From positions 810,001 to 842,000 of the forward strand of contig NC_013926.1 of the NCBI RefSeq assembly GCF_000025665.1: DNA of 32,000 nucleotides. Direction: 5' to 3'. Under the pieces are notes generated by a model. It was not told the origin of the DNA, did no database searches, and was given only the letters and a program-made list of their open reading frames with translations. The DNA comes from Aciduliprofundum boonei T469 (GTDB taxonomy: Archaea > Thermoplasmatota > Thermoplasmata > Thermoplasmatales > Aciduliprofundaceae). Numbering within the stretch: position 1 is the first letter of the stretch; every line of letters begins with the position of its first letter. A program made the position numbers and the translations under genes. Shown here in pieces: positions 24,044-31,987 of this stretch.

Positions 24044-24721
24044 TTACTTCATGGCTTCTTCTATTATTTTTCTCATATGGATTTTAGCCGTGTCAAGGAG
24101 AGGAATGCTTGTATCACCCTCTTTGAGTGCTATGGGAAGCTCTGTGCATCCTAAAATTGCTGCATCCAAATCCTCATATTTCTTCTTATAACTTTCAACA
24201 ATATTTATTAAACGATTTTTACTTTTTAAAACTCCGTGACTTAACTCTTGGAATATTATTCTATCTATTTCATCAACATATTCTTCTGGTACTATAACTT
24301 CAAACCCATGCTCTTCCAACTTCCTTTTGTAAAATCCAGAGGTCATTGTTGTCTTCGTTCCCATTAGTAGCAGTTTTTTATAACCCTTATTTTTTGCCTC
24401 TTCCGCCAGGGCATCTATTATGCTTATCATCTTTGCATTAGTTTTCTTTGCAAGTGAATCAAATACTATGTGGGGAGTATTAGCCGATAGGGCTATAATT
24501 TCAGCCCCTGCGTGCTCCAATGCTTTTATTATTTCTAGGAGGTATATCTCTCTATCGTCCCAATCCTTGGCACTTTTAAATTTTTTAAAATTTAGATTGA
24601 AAATTATCATCTCTGGATAAAAATCGTTCTCAAAGAGTTCTCTAGAAACCTCAATAAAATTGCGATAGTAATAAACGGATGATTCCGGGGTAGTTCCGCC
24701 AACAATTCCAATTCTTTTCAT
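24044..24721 (-). CDS. Asp/Glu racemase-family protein (aspartate-racemase-like), first catalytic Cys replaced by Ala
   Basis: 225 aa. Collinear with Pyrococcus aspartate racemase as I recall it (MKxIGIxGG; GCTELP second Cys motif present). The first motif reads LSANTPH where CNTAH is expected. Confidence 0.75.
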   Translation of the reverse strand: MKRIGIVGGTTPESSVYYYRNFIEVSRELFENDFYPEMIIFNLNFKKFKSAKDWDDREIYLLEIIKALEHAGAEIIALSANTPHIVFDSLAKKTNAKMISIIDALAEEAKNKGYKKLLLMGTKTTMTSGFYKRKLEEHGFEVIVPEEYVDEIDRIIFQELSHGVLKSKNRLINIVESYKKKYEDLDAAILGCTELPIALKEGDTSIPLLDTAKIHMRKIIEEAMK

Positions 24722-24736
24722 AGATGGGAGAGAGAT

Positions 24737-25432
24737 TCAACCTTTATGAATATTTTTACATAATGAAGTATATCCTTTGAAAATTATGTTTTTCCCATCA
24801 TATTGTAAAAGAGCAGGATGAACTTTCAAGCCTTTGTTAATCGCATTCCAGTATGATTCTGCGAATTTTTCATCTCTCTTCTCGTTGGGAGTAAAACATT
24901 TCACATATGGGTGGAATACCAATATCAAGAGCGCAGAATTGTCTCCTTTTTCAATTAATTTTTTTAATTCTTCAACATGCTTTCTGCCCCTTTCAGTGGG
25001 GGCATCTGGAAAGAGAGCAATATCATTTTCTTCCAAAGTGCATCCTTTGACCTCAACCCAAATCCTCTTTCCATTCTTTGTTAGGAGATAATCTATCCTG
25101 CTCTTTCCAACTCTTACCTCTGCCCTTATTTCATCAACCTTACCAAAAGGGGATATTTCCGCATCTTTCAATATTCTCTCAGAGATAACTCTGTGAAATT
25201 TTGAGTTTGTGAAAATCCAGTTTCCTTTATATTTTGCTCCTATTAATTCCCATTTTGTTTTTCTTTTTTTGTTATTATATTCTTTTAATAGTACCTCATT
25301 CCCCTCATAGAGCAACTCAGAAAGTCTCCCTGGGTCATGGATATGTACCAGCTCCTCTTTGCCATTTATCAAAACTTTGCCTAAAAATCTATTGGGGCGT
25401 TTTAAAAATATACCTTTTGAATCATACGGCAT
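24737..25432 (-). CDS. sfsA: SfsA-family protein (sugar fermentation stimulation protein homologue, nuclease-like fold)
   Basis: GIFLKRPNRFLGKVLINGKEELVHIHDPGRL..., RIDYLL..WVEVKGCTL, FPDAPTERGRKHV. ATG 25432 is preferred; the track start 25474 would overlap lrp by 34 nt. Confidence 0.8.
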   Translation of the reverse strand: MPYDSKGIFLKRPNRFLGKVLINGKEELVHIHDPGRLSELLYEGNEVLLKEYNNKKRKTKWELIGAKYKGNWIFTNSKFHRVISERILKDAEISPFGKVDEIRAEVRVGKSRIDYLLTKNGKRIWVEVKGCTLEENDIALFPDAPTERGRKHVEELKKLIEKGDNSALLILVFHPYVKCFTPNEKRDEKFAESYWNAINKGLKVHPALLQYDGKNIIFKGYTSLCKNIHKG

Positions 25433-25440
25433 AGTGAGGA

Positions 25441-25863
25441 TTATTTTACCCTCTCCATAATTATGGCAGGACATAAATCTTTCACGCCTTTAATCTTTGC
25501 TATCTTGGTAGTTATCAAATCAAATAGCTCCTCTCCATTTTTTGTCCATATTTCAGCCATAATCATGTGGTCTCCACTGGAAGTAGCAACCCATATTGTT
25601 TCATCAATTTCAGCTAATTTTCTAGAGGCCTGTAGTAAATATTTTGGCTCAACATCCATTCCTAAAATAGTTACGGTTTTATATCCTAATTTTTCAGGAT
25701 CTACCTCTATAGTATATTTTTTTATAACTCCCTCTCTCTCAAGCTCTGCGATTCTTTTTCTCACAGTTGTTTCCGTAACTCCCAGAATTTTAGCTATCTC
25801 GGTATAAGGCGTTCTAGCGTTATTTCTGAGAATTTCAATGATTTTTCTGTCTTTATCGTCCAT
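25441..25863 (-). CDS. lrp: Lrp/AsnC-family transcriptional regulator
   Basis: 140 aa. HTH region DDKDRKIIEILRNNARTPYTEIAKILGVTETTVRKRIAELEREGVIKKYT plus a RAM/ACT-like C-terminal domain. Confidence 0.88.
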   Translation of the reverse strand: MDDKDRKIIEILRNNARTPYTEIAKILGVTETTVRKRIAELEREGVIKKYTIEVDPEKLGYKTVTILGMDVEPKYLLQASRKLAEIDETIWVATSSGDHMIMAEIWTKNGEELFDLITTKIAKIKGVKDLCPAIIMERVK

Positions 25864-25870
25864 TATGATA

Positions 25871-25880
25871 CATAATTATG
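25871..25880. promoter_or_regulatory. Perfect 10-bp palindrome CATAATTATG between the lrp TATA box and the lrp ATG (candidate operator)
   Basis: Read directly from the sequence. Its position overlaps the expected lrp transcription start. Confidence 0.25.
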
Positions 25881-25913
25881 TTATCCTTATTAAAGTTTTC
25901 TAATAGCAAATTA

Positions 25914-25926
25914 TTCGAATATCGAA
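25914..25926. promoter_or_regulatory. Inverted repeat TTCGA-ATA-TCGAA just upstream of the TATA box of the oxidative-stress operon (candidate operator)
   Basis: Read directly from the sequence. Located between the two divergent TATA-like boxes. Confidence 0.3.
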
Positions 25927-25930
25927 CAAA

Positions 25931-25944
25931 ATATTTATATATAT
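25931..25944 (+). promoter_or_regulatory. Putative TATA box of the oxidative-stress operon (leaderless first gene)
   Basis: atatttatatatat is centred about 26 nt upstream of ATG 25964. No SD precedes that ATG. Confidence 0.4.
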
Positions 25945-25963
25945 CAAACTCATTACTCTGAAT

Positions 25964-26473
25964 ATGGATAGAAAGATTTTGCATAAACTATCCTACGGGA
26001 TGTATGTGATCTCATCTGCGAAAGAGGGAAAGCTGGATGGGCAGATAGCCAATACAGTTTTTCAAATAACTTCTAAACCTGCGAAAATTGCAATCAGTAT
26101 AAACAAAGAAAATTTGACATATGAGTATATAAAATACAGCAATGTATTTTCAGTTTCTATACTATCAACTGAAGCACCTTTTAAGTTCATTGGTTTATTT
26201 GGATTCCGTTCAGGTAGGGATATAAATAAATTTGAAAATGTAAAATATAAAATTGGAGTTACAGGCGCCCCAATAGTCCTTGATTATTCATTGGGGTATA
26301 TAGAGGCAAAGGTTGTAGATAGCGTGGATGTAGGCACGCATGTATTATTTATTGGAGAGGTGGTGGATGCGGACTCTATTCAAGAGGGAACTCCTATGAC
26401 TTATGATTATTATCACAATGTTGTGAAGGGTAAGACCCCGCCCAAGGCGGCAACCTATGTGGGAGGGAGTTAA
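25964..26473 (+). CDS. Flavin reductase-like FMN-binding protein (candidate NAD(P)H:rubredoxin reductase module)
   Basis: 169 aa with the flavin_reduct domain pattern (LSYGMYVISS..DGQIANTVFQITSKP..ISINKENLTYEYI..FSVSILS; GTHVLFIGEVV). Confidence 0.75.
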   Translation: MDRKILHKLSYGMYVISSAKEGKLDGQIANTVFQITSKPAKIAISINKENLTYEYIKYSNVFSVSILSTEAPFKFIGLFGFRSGRDINKFENVKYKIGVTGAPIVLDYSLGYIEAKVVDSVDVGTHVLFIGEVVDADSIQEGTPMTYDYYHNVVKGKTPPKAATYVGGS

Positions 26474-26971
26474 ATGGATATTGAAGAAATAAATTTTGAA
26501 ACATTATTCGGAATAGCCGTTAAGAGTGAGATAGAGAGCAGGAATGTTTATGAATATATGGCAGAAAAAACTAAGAATTACTTACTAAAAGATCGTCTGA
26601 AATTTCTTGCCAACGAAGAGAAAAAGCATGAGGAATTCCTAAGGAATTACTTTTCAAAAATGTTTCCTAATAAAGAATTAAAATTACCTGAAGAATCACC
26701 AGTGCCTTTACCACATATTGAATATGACGCTGACACACCCATTTCTTCTATTTTAGAGCAGTCGATGAAGGCCGAAGTTGCGGCCAGAGACTACTACCTT
26801 TCCATGTCTAAGAAGGCGGAGAAGATGGGTGATATAGAGCTTGCCAAAGGCCTGTACTATCTTGCAAACATGGAGATGGGCCACTATCATATCTTGGAAA
26901 ATGAGCTTGAATCCGAGAAGAGGTTTGAGGACTACGATGCTTATTGGCCTATGATGCATGTAGGTCCATGA
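26474..26971 (+). CDS. Rubrerythrin-family diiron four-helix-bundle protein without a rubredoxin domain (erythrin-like)
   Basis: 165 aa. Two E...ExxH half-sites: KSEIES...NEEKKHEEF and KAEVAA...NMEMGHYHI. The ATG directly follows the upstream stop. Confidence 0.7.
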   Translation: MDIEEINFETLFGIAVKSEIESRNVYEYMAEKTKNYLLKDRLKFLANEEKKHEEFLRNYFSKMFPNKELKLPEESPVPLPHIEYDADTPISSILEQSMKAEVAARDYYLSMSKKAEKMGDIELAKGLYYLANMEMGHYHILENELESEKRFEDYDAYWPMMHVGP

Positions 26972-26987
26972 AAAGGAGGTGAAAGAG

Positions 26988-27146
26988 ATGAAATGGAGAT
27001 GTATGGTTTGCGGATATATATACGACCCAGAGGTCGGAGATCCGGATAGTGGTGTACCCGCAGGGACATCCTTTGAGGAGTTACCTGAGGATTGGGTATG
27101 TCCTGTCTGTGGAGCATCCAAGGACATGTTTGAAAAGGTGGAGTAA
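26988..27146 (+). CDS. rub: Rubredoxin (52 aa; absent from the ORF track because it is under 60 aa)
   Basis: Translation: [52 protein letters not shown], with canonical CxxCG...CPxCG motifs. AGGAGGTGA SD 6 nt upstream. Its stop lies 2 nt before the fprA ATG. Confidence 0.92.
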   Translation: MKWRCMVCGYIYDPEVGDPDSGVPAGTSFEELPEDWVCPVCGASKDMFEKVE

Positions 27147-27148
27147 AG

Positions 27149-28333
27149 ATGATAAGAAAGATAGCAGATGGAGTTTACAATGTTGGCGCTATTGACTGGG
27201 AGAGAACGCTCTTCGATGAGATAGTACCTCTCCCCCAGGGTACCAGTTACAACGCGTATCTTGTGAAGGGAGAGAATAAAACGGCGATTATAGATACTGT
27301 GGAACCAGAGAAATTGGAGCAACTCATTGACAATTTGGAAGAATTGAAGGTGGATAAAATAGATTACATTGTATCAAATCATGCAGAGCAAGACCACTCT
27401 GGAGGCATACCCTATCTTCTTAAGAGATATCCAGAGGCAAAGGTTGTGACAAATGCAAAGTGCATGGGATTTGAGAAGGATTTGCTTCATTTGAAGGATG
27501 AAGACTTTATCATAATCAAGGAAGGAGATACATTAGAGCTTGGGGGGAAAACACTCAAGTTCATCATGACTCCCTGGGTCCATTGGCCTGAGACGATGAC
27601 CACATACTTAATGGAAGATAGAATAGCATTTACCTGTGATTTCTTCGGTTCTCATGCTGCCACTTCTCACACATTTGCGGAGCAATATGATAGGATTTAT
27701 CACGAGGCAAAGAGGTATTATGCGGAAATTATGATGCCATTTAGGCAAATTATTACGAGGAATATTAAGAAGATAGAGGAGCTGGAGCCAAGGATAATAG
27801 CACCTAGCCATGGACCTGCCTACAGTGATCCTAAATTCATAATCGATGCTTATAAAGAATGGACTTCTTCCGAGACAAAAAATGAGGTACTAATCCTCTA
27901 TGTTTCAATGCATGGAAGTACTAAAAAGATGGTCTATGCTCTCGTGGATTATTTAGGTGAGGAAGGAGTTGAGGTTAAGGTCAGGGATCTTATAACATCT
28001 AATTTGGGAGAGATTGCAATAGACATGGTTGATGTTACTACAATCATTCTAGCTACTCCCACAATGCTGGCGGGACCACATCCTCATGCAGTGTATGCTG
28101 CCTATCTCACCAATGCTCTTAAACCAAAGGCCAAGTTTGTGGGTATAATGGGCTCATATGGATGGGGTGGCAGAACAGTTGATATTCTAAAGTCCAATCT
28201 TGGAGCTTTGAAAGTTGAGATCTTAGAACCTCTACTGATTAAGGGATTGCCTAAAAAAGAGGATTATGATAAGATAAAAGAATTTGCAAAGATAATTGCA
28301 GAGAAGCATAGAGAAGTGGGGGTGATGAAATGA
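27149..28333 (+). CDS. fprA: Flavodiiron protein (A-type flavoprotein; rubredoxin:O2/NO oxidoreductase)
   Basis: 394 aa. Metallo-beta-lactamase-like domain with diiron motif NHAEQDHSGG, plus a C-terminal flavodoxin domain (VLILYVSMHGSTKKM). Confidence 0.9.
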   Translation: MIRKIADGVYNVGAIDWERTLFDEIVPLPQGTSYNAYLVKGENKTAIIDTVEPEKLEQLIDNLEELKVDKIDYIVSNHAEQDHSGGIPYLLKRYPEAKVVTNAKCMGFEKDLLHLKDEDFIIIKEGDTLELGGKTLKFIMTPWVHWPETMTTYLMEDRIAFTCDFFGSHAATSHTFAEQYDRIYHEAKRYYAEIMMPFRQIITRNIKKIEELEPRIIAPSHGPAYSDPKFIIDAYKEWTSSETKNEVLILYVSMHGSTKKMVYALVDYLGEEGVEVKVRDLITSNLGEIAIDMVDVTTIILATPTMLAGPHPHAVYAAYLTNALKPKAKFVGIMGSYGWGGRTVDILKSNLGALKVEILEPLLIKGLPKKEDYDKIKEFAKIIAEKHREVGVMK

Positions 28334-28803
28334 AGGAGGGCGATATTGCAGAGGATTTTTGCCTGCCTGATTACGAGGGCAAAGAGCATTGTCTGTGCGA
28401 TTATCGAGGTAAATGGGTAGTTCTTTATTTCTACCCCAAGGACAATACATCAGGATGTACAAAGGAGGCAAAGGGCTTCACAGAGATGCAAGATGAATTT
28501 GAAAAGCTTGGGGCGGTTATAATCGGGGTGAGTAAAGATTCACCCAAGAGTCATGCGAAGTTCATAGAGAAACATAATCTGAAAATTCTTCTTTTAAGCG
28601 ATGAAGAGCATAAAGTTCTGGAGAGGTATGGTGCCTGGGGGAAGAAGAAAAACTATGGGAGAGAATATTATGGTACGATAAGAACCACATTCCTCATAGA
28701 CCCTGAAGGTAAAATTGTGAAAGTTTGGAGAAATGTGCGTGTCAATGGTCATGTTGAGAAAGTTTTAGAAGAATTGAAAAAATTTGTTGAGGTGAAAAAA
28801 TGA
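28330..28803 (+). CDS. bcp: Bcp-type peroxiredoxin
   Basis: 157 aa. [14 protein letters not shown] peroxidatic-Cys motif. ATGA overlap with fprA. Confidence 0.88.
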   Translation: MKEGDIAEDFCLPDYEGKEHCLCDYRGKWVVLYFYPKDNTSGCTKEAKGFTEMQDEFEKLGAVIIGVSKDSPKSHAKFIEKHNLKILLLSDEEHKVLERYGAWGKKKNYGREYYGTIRTTFLIDPEGKIVKVWRNVRVNGHVEKVLEELKKFVEVKK

Positions 28804-29306
28804 GAAAAATGGTTGAGAAAAGTTTAGAGGAGGCATTCGCCGGCGAGAGTATGGCACATATGAAATACACCATATTCGCCGAAGTTGCCGAAAGAGAGGG
28901 AAAGAAGAATATTGCACGACTGTTTAGGGCTATAGCTTATGCAGAATTCGTGCATGCGAAAAATCATGCTACGAACCTGGGGTATGTTAAGAGTACTGAA
29001 GAAAATCTCTCCACTGCAATTGGTGGGGAAACATTTGAAGTTGAGGATATGTATCCTGCATACTTGGAGATTGCAAAGTACTTTGAGGAGAAGGGAGCCG
29101 AACGCTCATTCCACTATGCCATAGAAGCTGAAAAAATTCACGCTAAGATGTACGAAGATGCCAAGGATAAGGCTTCTAAGAACGAGGATATTGAAGAAAA
29201 GAGCATTTACATATGCCCTGTTTGCGGATATACATATATGGGCGATGAGCCACCGGAGAAGTGCCCGGTTTGTGGTGCTCCGCAGGATAAATTTGTAAAA
29301 TTTTGA
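28800..29306 (+). CDS. rbr: Rubrerythrin
   Basis: 168 aa. Diiron ligand motifs [25 protein letters not shown] and [10 protein letters not shown], plus a C-terminal rubredoxin-like CPVCG-x12-CPVCG. ATGA overlap with bcp. Confidence 0.9.
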   Translation: MRKMVEKSLEEAFAGESMAHMKYTIFAEVAEREGKKNIARLFRAIAYAEFVHAKNHATNLGYVKSTEENLSTAIGGETFEVEDMYPAYLEIAKYFEEKGAERSFHYAIEAEKIHAKMYEDAKDKASKNEDIEEKSIYICPVCGYTYMGDEPPEKCPVCGAPQDKFVKF

Positions 29307-29320
29307 GGAGGTGATGAAAG

Positions 29321-29836
29321 ATGATAGATAAGGAAATAGAAGAGGCGATAAATAAACAGATAAATGAAGAGATGTACTCTGCATATCTCTATCTTTCAAT
29401 GTCTGGGTATTTTGAAAATATAGGATTGAAGGGATTTGCCAACTGGATGTATGTCCAGTACCAGGAAGAAATGGATCATGCAATGAAGTTTTACCGCTAT
29501 TTAATCGAGAGAGGTGGCCGTGTAAAATTATATGCCATAAAGGAGCCGCCACATGAGTGGAACTCCCCGCTTCATGCTTTTGAGGAGACATTGAAGCATG
29601 AGAAACATATCACACAGTGCATAAACAACCTTGTAGACCTGGCAGAGAAGAAGAAAGACCGTGCTACATTTAATCTTCTGCAGTGGTATGTGGATGAGCA
29701 GGTTGAAGAAGAGGCAAACGATGAAGAGATCATTCAGATGTTAAAGATGATTGGAGACCATGGCCATGGTTTACTTATGCTTGATCGTGAACTTGCAAGA
29801 AGGACTTACACTCCTCTTGTAAATGAGGAAAAATAA
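29321..29836 (+). CDS. Ferritin
   Basis: 171 aa. NEEMYSAYLYLSMSGYF and QEEMDHAMKF ferroxidase-centre motifs. SD AGGAGGTGA. Confidence 0.88.
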   Translation: MIDKEIEEAINKQINEEMYSAYLYLSMSGYFENIGLKGFANWMYVQYQEEMDHAMKFYRYLIERGGRVKLYAIKEPPHEWNSPLHAFEETLKHEKHITQCINNLVDLAEKKKDRATFNLLQWYVDEQVEEEANDEEIIQMLKMIGDHGHGLLMLDRELARRTYTPLVNEEK

Positions 29837-29851
29837 AGGAGGTGATGAAAG

Positions 29852-30199
29852 ATGTTGAGTGAAACAATAAAGAGTGGGGATTGGAAAGGCGAGAAGCATG
29901 TACCTGTTATAGAGTACAAGAAAGATGGTGATATGATCGAAGTTGAGGTTTCTGTGGGAAAGGAAGTACCTCATCCAAACACACCAGAGCACCATATTGC
30001 GTGGATTGAACTATATTTCAAGCCAGAAGATGGAGGATTTCCAATAATGGTCGGGAGAGTAGCTTTCACAAGTCACAGTGCACCCATAACAGAGCCGAAG
30101 GCCAAGTTCTACTTTAAGTGTGAGAAGAAAGGTAAGCTGATGGCTTTGAGTTACTGCAATATCCATGGGCTCTGGCAAAACGAAGTTGATGTAGAGTGA
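29852..30199 (+). CDS. sor: Superoxide reductase (1Fe-SOR / neelaredoxin type)
   Basis: 115 aa. Near-collinear with P. furiosus SOR as I recall it (SETIKSGDWKGEKHVPVIEY, PHPNTPEHHIAWIELYF, LSYCNIHGLWQNEV). Confidence 0.93.
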   Translation: MLSETIKSGDWKGEKHVPVIEYKKDGDMIEVEVSVGKEVPHPNTPEHHIAWIELYFKPEDGGFPIMVGRVAFTSHSAPITEPKAKFYFKCEKKGKLMALSYCNIHGLWQNEVDVE

Positions 30200-30204
30200 T
30201 TTAA

Positions 30205-30735
30205 ATGGAATATACAAGCAACATAGAAGGGCCCACGATCGACCCTAAGCCATATACAAACGCAGGAATAGTGCTCACCATACTTGGTATATTGGGCATA
30301 ATATTTCCGAAATTTGCCAGTGGGGTCATAGTGTATCTCATTGCAATATTACTGTTGATTGGTGGCATAGTGTTCTTGATAATGGGCATAAAGTCTACCA
30401 GTGGAAAGCTGGGGGGGATACTGCTTGGCATAGCACTATTAATTTTCGGTATACTCGTAATAATCTATCCTCTGTATGCTCTGGCAGGTTTAGCAGTTCT
30501 TATGGGAAGTTTCTTCATGATAGGGGGAATAATATACTTTCTACTTGCTTATACTGTGCATCCATACAATGGATGGTGGGCCCCAGTGATTTCCGGTGTG
30601 CTTTCTTTGATATTGGGAATACTGGTGCTTATGAGCTGGCCAGGGAATTCAGAGTGGATCATAGGGCTCTTTGTGGGCATTGATTTGCTGTTTGAAGGTC
30701 TTGCACTGATAACGGTTGGAAAGCTCGTAAAATGA
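30205..30735 (+). CDS. HdeD/DUF308-like multi-pass membrane protein
   Basis: 176 aa with six Gly/Ile/Leu-rich helices arranged in the repeated GxLLxxxGIxxL pattern typical of DUF308. Confidence 0.55.
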   Translation: MEYTSNIEGPTIDPKPYTNAGIVLTILGILGIIFPKFASGVIVYLIAILLLIGGIVFLIMGIKSTSGKLGGILLGIALLIFGILVIIYPLYALAGLAVLMGSFFMIGGIIYFLLAYTVHPYNGWWAPVISGVLSLILGILVLMSWPGNSEWIIGLFVGIDLLFEGLALITVGKLVK

Positions 30736-30777
30736 ATCTTGCAAAATTGAAATGGATAAAGATAAGGGGGTAGTAAT

Positions 30778-31269
30778 ATGGATGAGAAAAAATCAGATAA
30801 TGCTTTGGAAAACATAGATTTTGAAGCTTTAGGAGACCTCTTAGCAGCAGAATCGGTTTGGATTGGAGACGGAAGAACAAAGACAAAAATTCATGATATG
30901 GAATTGGAGGTAGATAACCCTCTCAGTGTTAGTCCAATAAACCCCCCACCCCATGTAACTTGGCCTGAACAGCTCTTACCAGCGGCTTTAGCAGTGTGTT
31001 TCATAACTACAATGACAGCTATAAACGATAAAATAGGAGTGCACATAAATGAGCTTAGGGTTATAGTAAAGCCCATACTAGGGATTGACACAGATGGGGG
31101 GTTCAAGTTTGATAAGATGAAATTGAATGTAAAACTAAGTATTGCTAGGGGAGAAAAAAGCAAGGCCGAAAAACTTGTGGAGATAACGCATAAATATTGC
31201 TTGGTAAGTAAGGCAATAAAGGGCAATGTGAAAGAAATTATAGAAGTGGATATAAAGGAGGTAGATTGA
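30778..31269 (+). CDS. OsmC/Ohr-family peroxiredoxin-like protein
   Basis: 163 aa with the two conserved Cys contexts LAVCFITT and THKYCLVSKA. Confidence 0.8.
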   Translation: MDEKKSDNALENIDFEALGDLLAAESVWIGDGRTKTKIHDMELEVDNPLSVSPINPPPHVTWPEQLLPAALAVCFITTMTAINDKIGVHINELRVIVKPILGIDTDGGFKFDKMKLNVKLSIARGEKSKAEKLVEITHKYCLVSKAIKGNVKEIIEVDIKEVD

Positions 31270-31271
31270 AA

Positions 31272-31313
31272 GAAGCTTGATAAGCTTCATAGGTTTGATG
31301 CAATGTTTGCATC
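31272..31313 (+). other. Two consecutive 7-bp/3-nt-loop hairpins (gaagctt-gat-aagcttc at 31272-31288; gatgcaa-tgt-ttgcatc at 31297-31313)
   Basis: Read directly from the sequence, in the 76-nt osmC-prx spacer. No oligo-T tract follows. Confidence 0.4.
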
Positions 31314-31345
31314 TTGAGAATAGTAAAAAAAGGAGGTGATAAAAA

Positions 31346-31987
31346 ATGGTAGTGATAGGAGAAAAATTTCCGGAGGTAGAGGTTAATACAACCCATGGAA
31401 AAATGAAGTTGCCAGACCACTTTGCTGGGAAGTGGTTCGTACTGTTCTCTCATCCAGCGGACTTCACACCAGTGTGCACAACGGAGTTCTACGCTATGCA
31501 GAAAAGATTAGATAAATTCAAAGAGCTAGGTGTTGAAGTGATAGGACTAAGCGTGGACCAAGTATTTGCACATTTGAAGTGGATTGAGTGGATCAAAGAT
31601 AATCTCGGGGAGGAGATACAGTTCCCAGTTATTGCGGATGATCGCGGAGATCTTGCAGATATGCTCGGCATGATACCCACGGGTTCCACGCAGACAGCCA
31701 GGGCGGTGTTCATTGTAGATCCTAAAGGAACAATAAGGGCTATAGTGTACTATCCAGCTGAGCTCGGTCGTGACTGGGACGAAATTCTACGTGCTGTGAA
31801 GGCTCTGCAGATAAGCGATGCTAATGGTGTGGCTATGCCGCACAAGTGGCCCAACAATGAATTAATCAAGGACCGTGTCATCGTGCCTCCCGCTGGAAGC
31901 GTTGATGCAATAAAGGACAGGGAGGAGGCCAAGAAAAAGGGCGAGATTGAGTGCTACGACTGGTGGCTCTGCCACAAATCACTCTGA
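31346..31987 (+). CDS. Peroxiredoxin (archaeal Prx6-like thiol peroxidase, AhpC/TSA family)
   Basis: 213 aa. [15 protein letters not shown] peroxidatic Cys, and a C-terminal CYDWWLCHK Cys pair like the Aeropyrum/Pyrococcus Prx. SD AGGAGGTGA. Confidence 0.92.
   Translation: MVVIGEKFPEVEVNTTHGKMKLPDHFAGKWFVLFSHPADFTPVCTTEFYAMQKRLDKFKELGVEVIGLSVDQVFAHLKWIEWIKDNLGEEIQFPVIADDRGDLADMLGMIPTGSTQTARAVFIVDPKGTIRAIVYYPAELGRDWDEILRAVKALQISDANGVAMPHKWPNNELIKDRVIVPPAGSVDAIKDREEAKKKGEIECYDWWLCHKSL

Noticed and set aside
25433-25474. Longer sfsA start (track start 25474) overlapping lrp by 34 nt
   Set aside because: The extra 14 aa (MSCHNYGEGKIILT) do not belong to the SfsA family N-terminus as I know it. 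ATG 25432 lies 8 nt after the lrp stop. Neither start has a clear SD, so this call is uncertain.
26753-27322. 189-aa minus-strand ORF spanning the erythrin-like 3' end, rubredoxin and the fprA 5' end
   Set aside because: It is antisense to three + strand genes that have clear family motifs and strong SDs, and I recognise no motif in it. It is a long antisense frame that stays open by chance.
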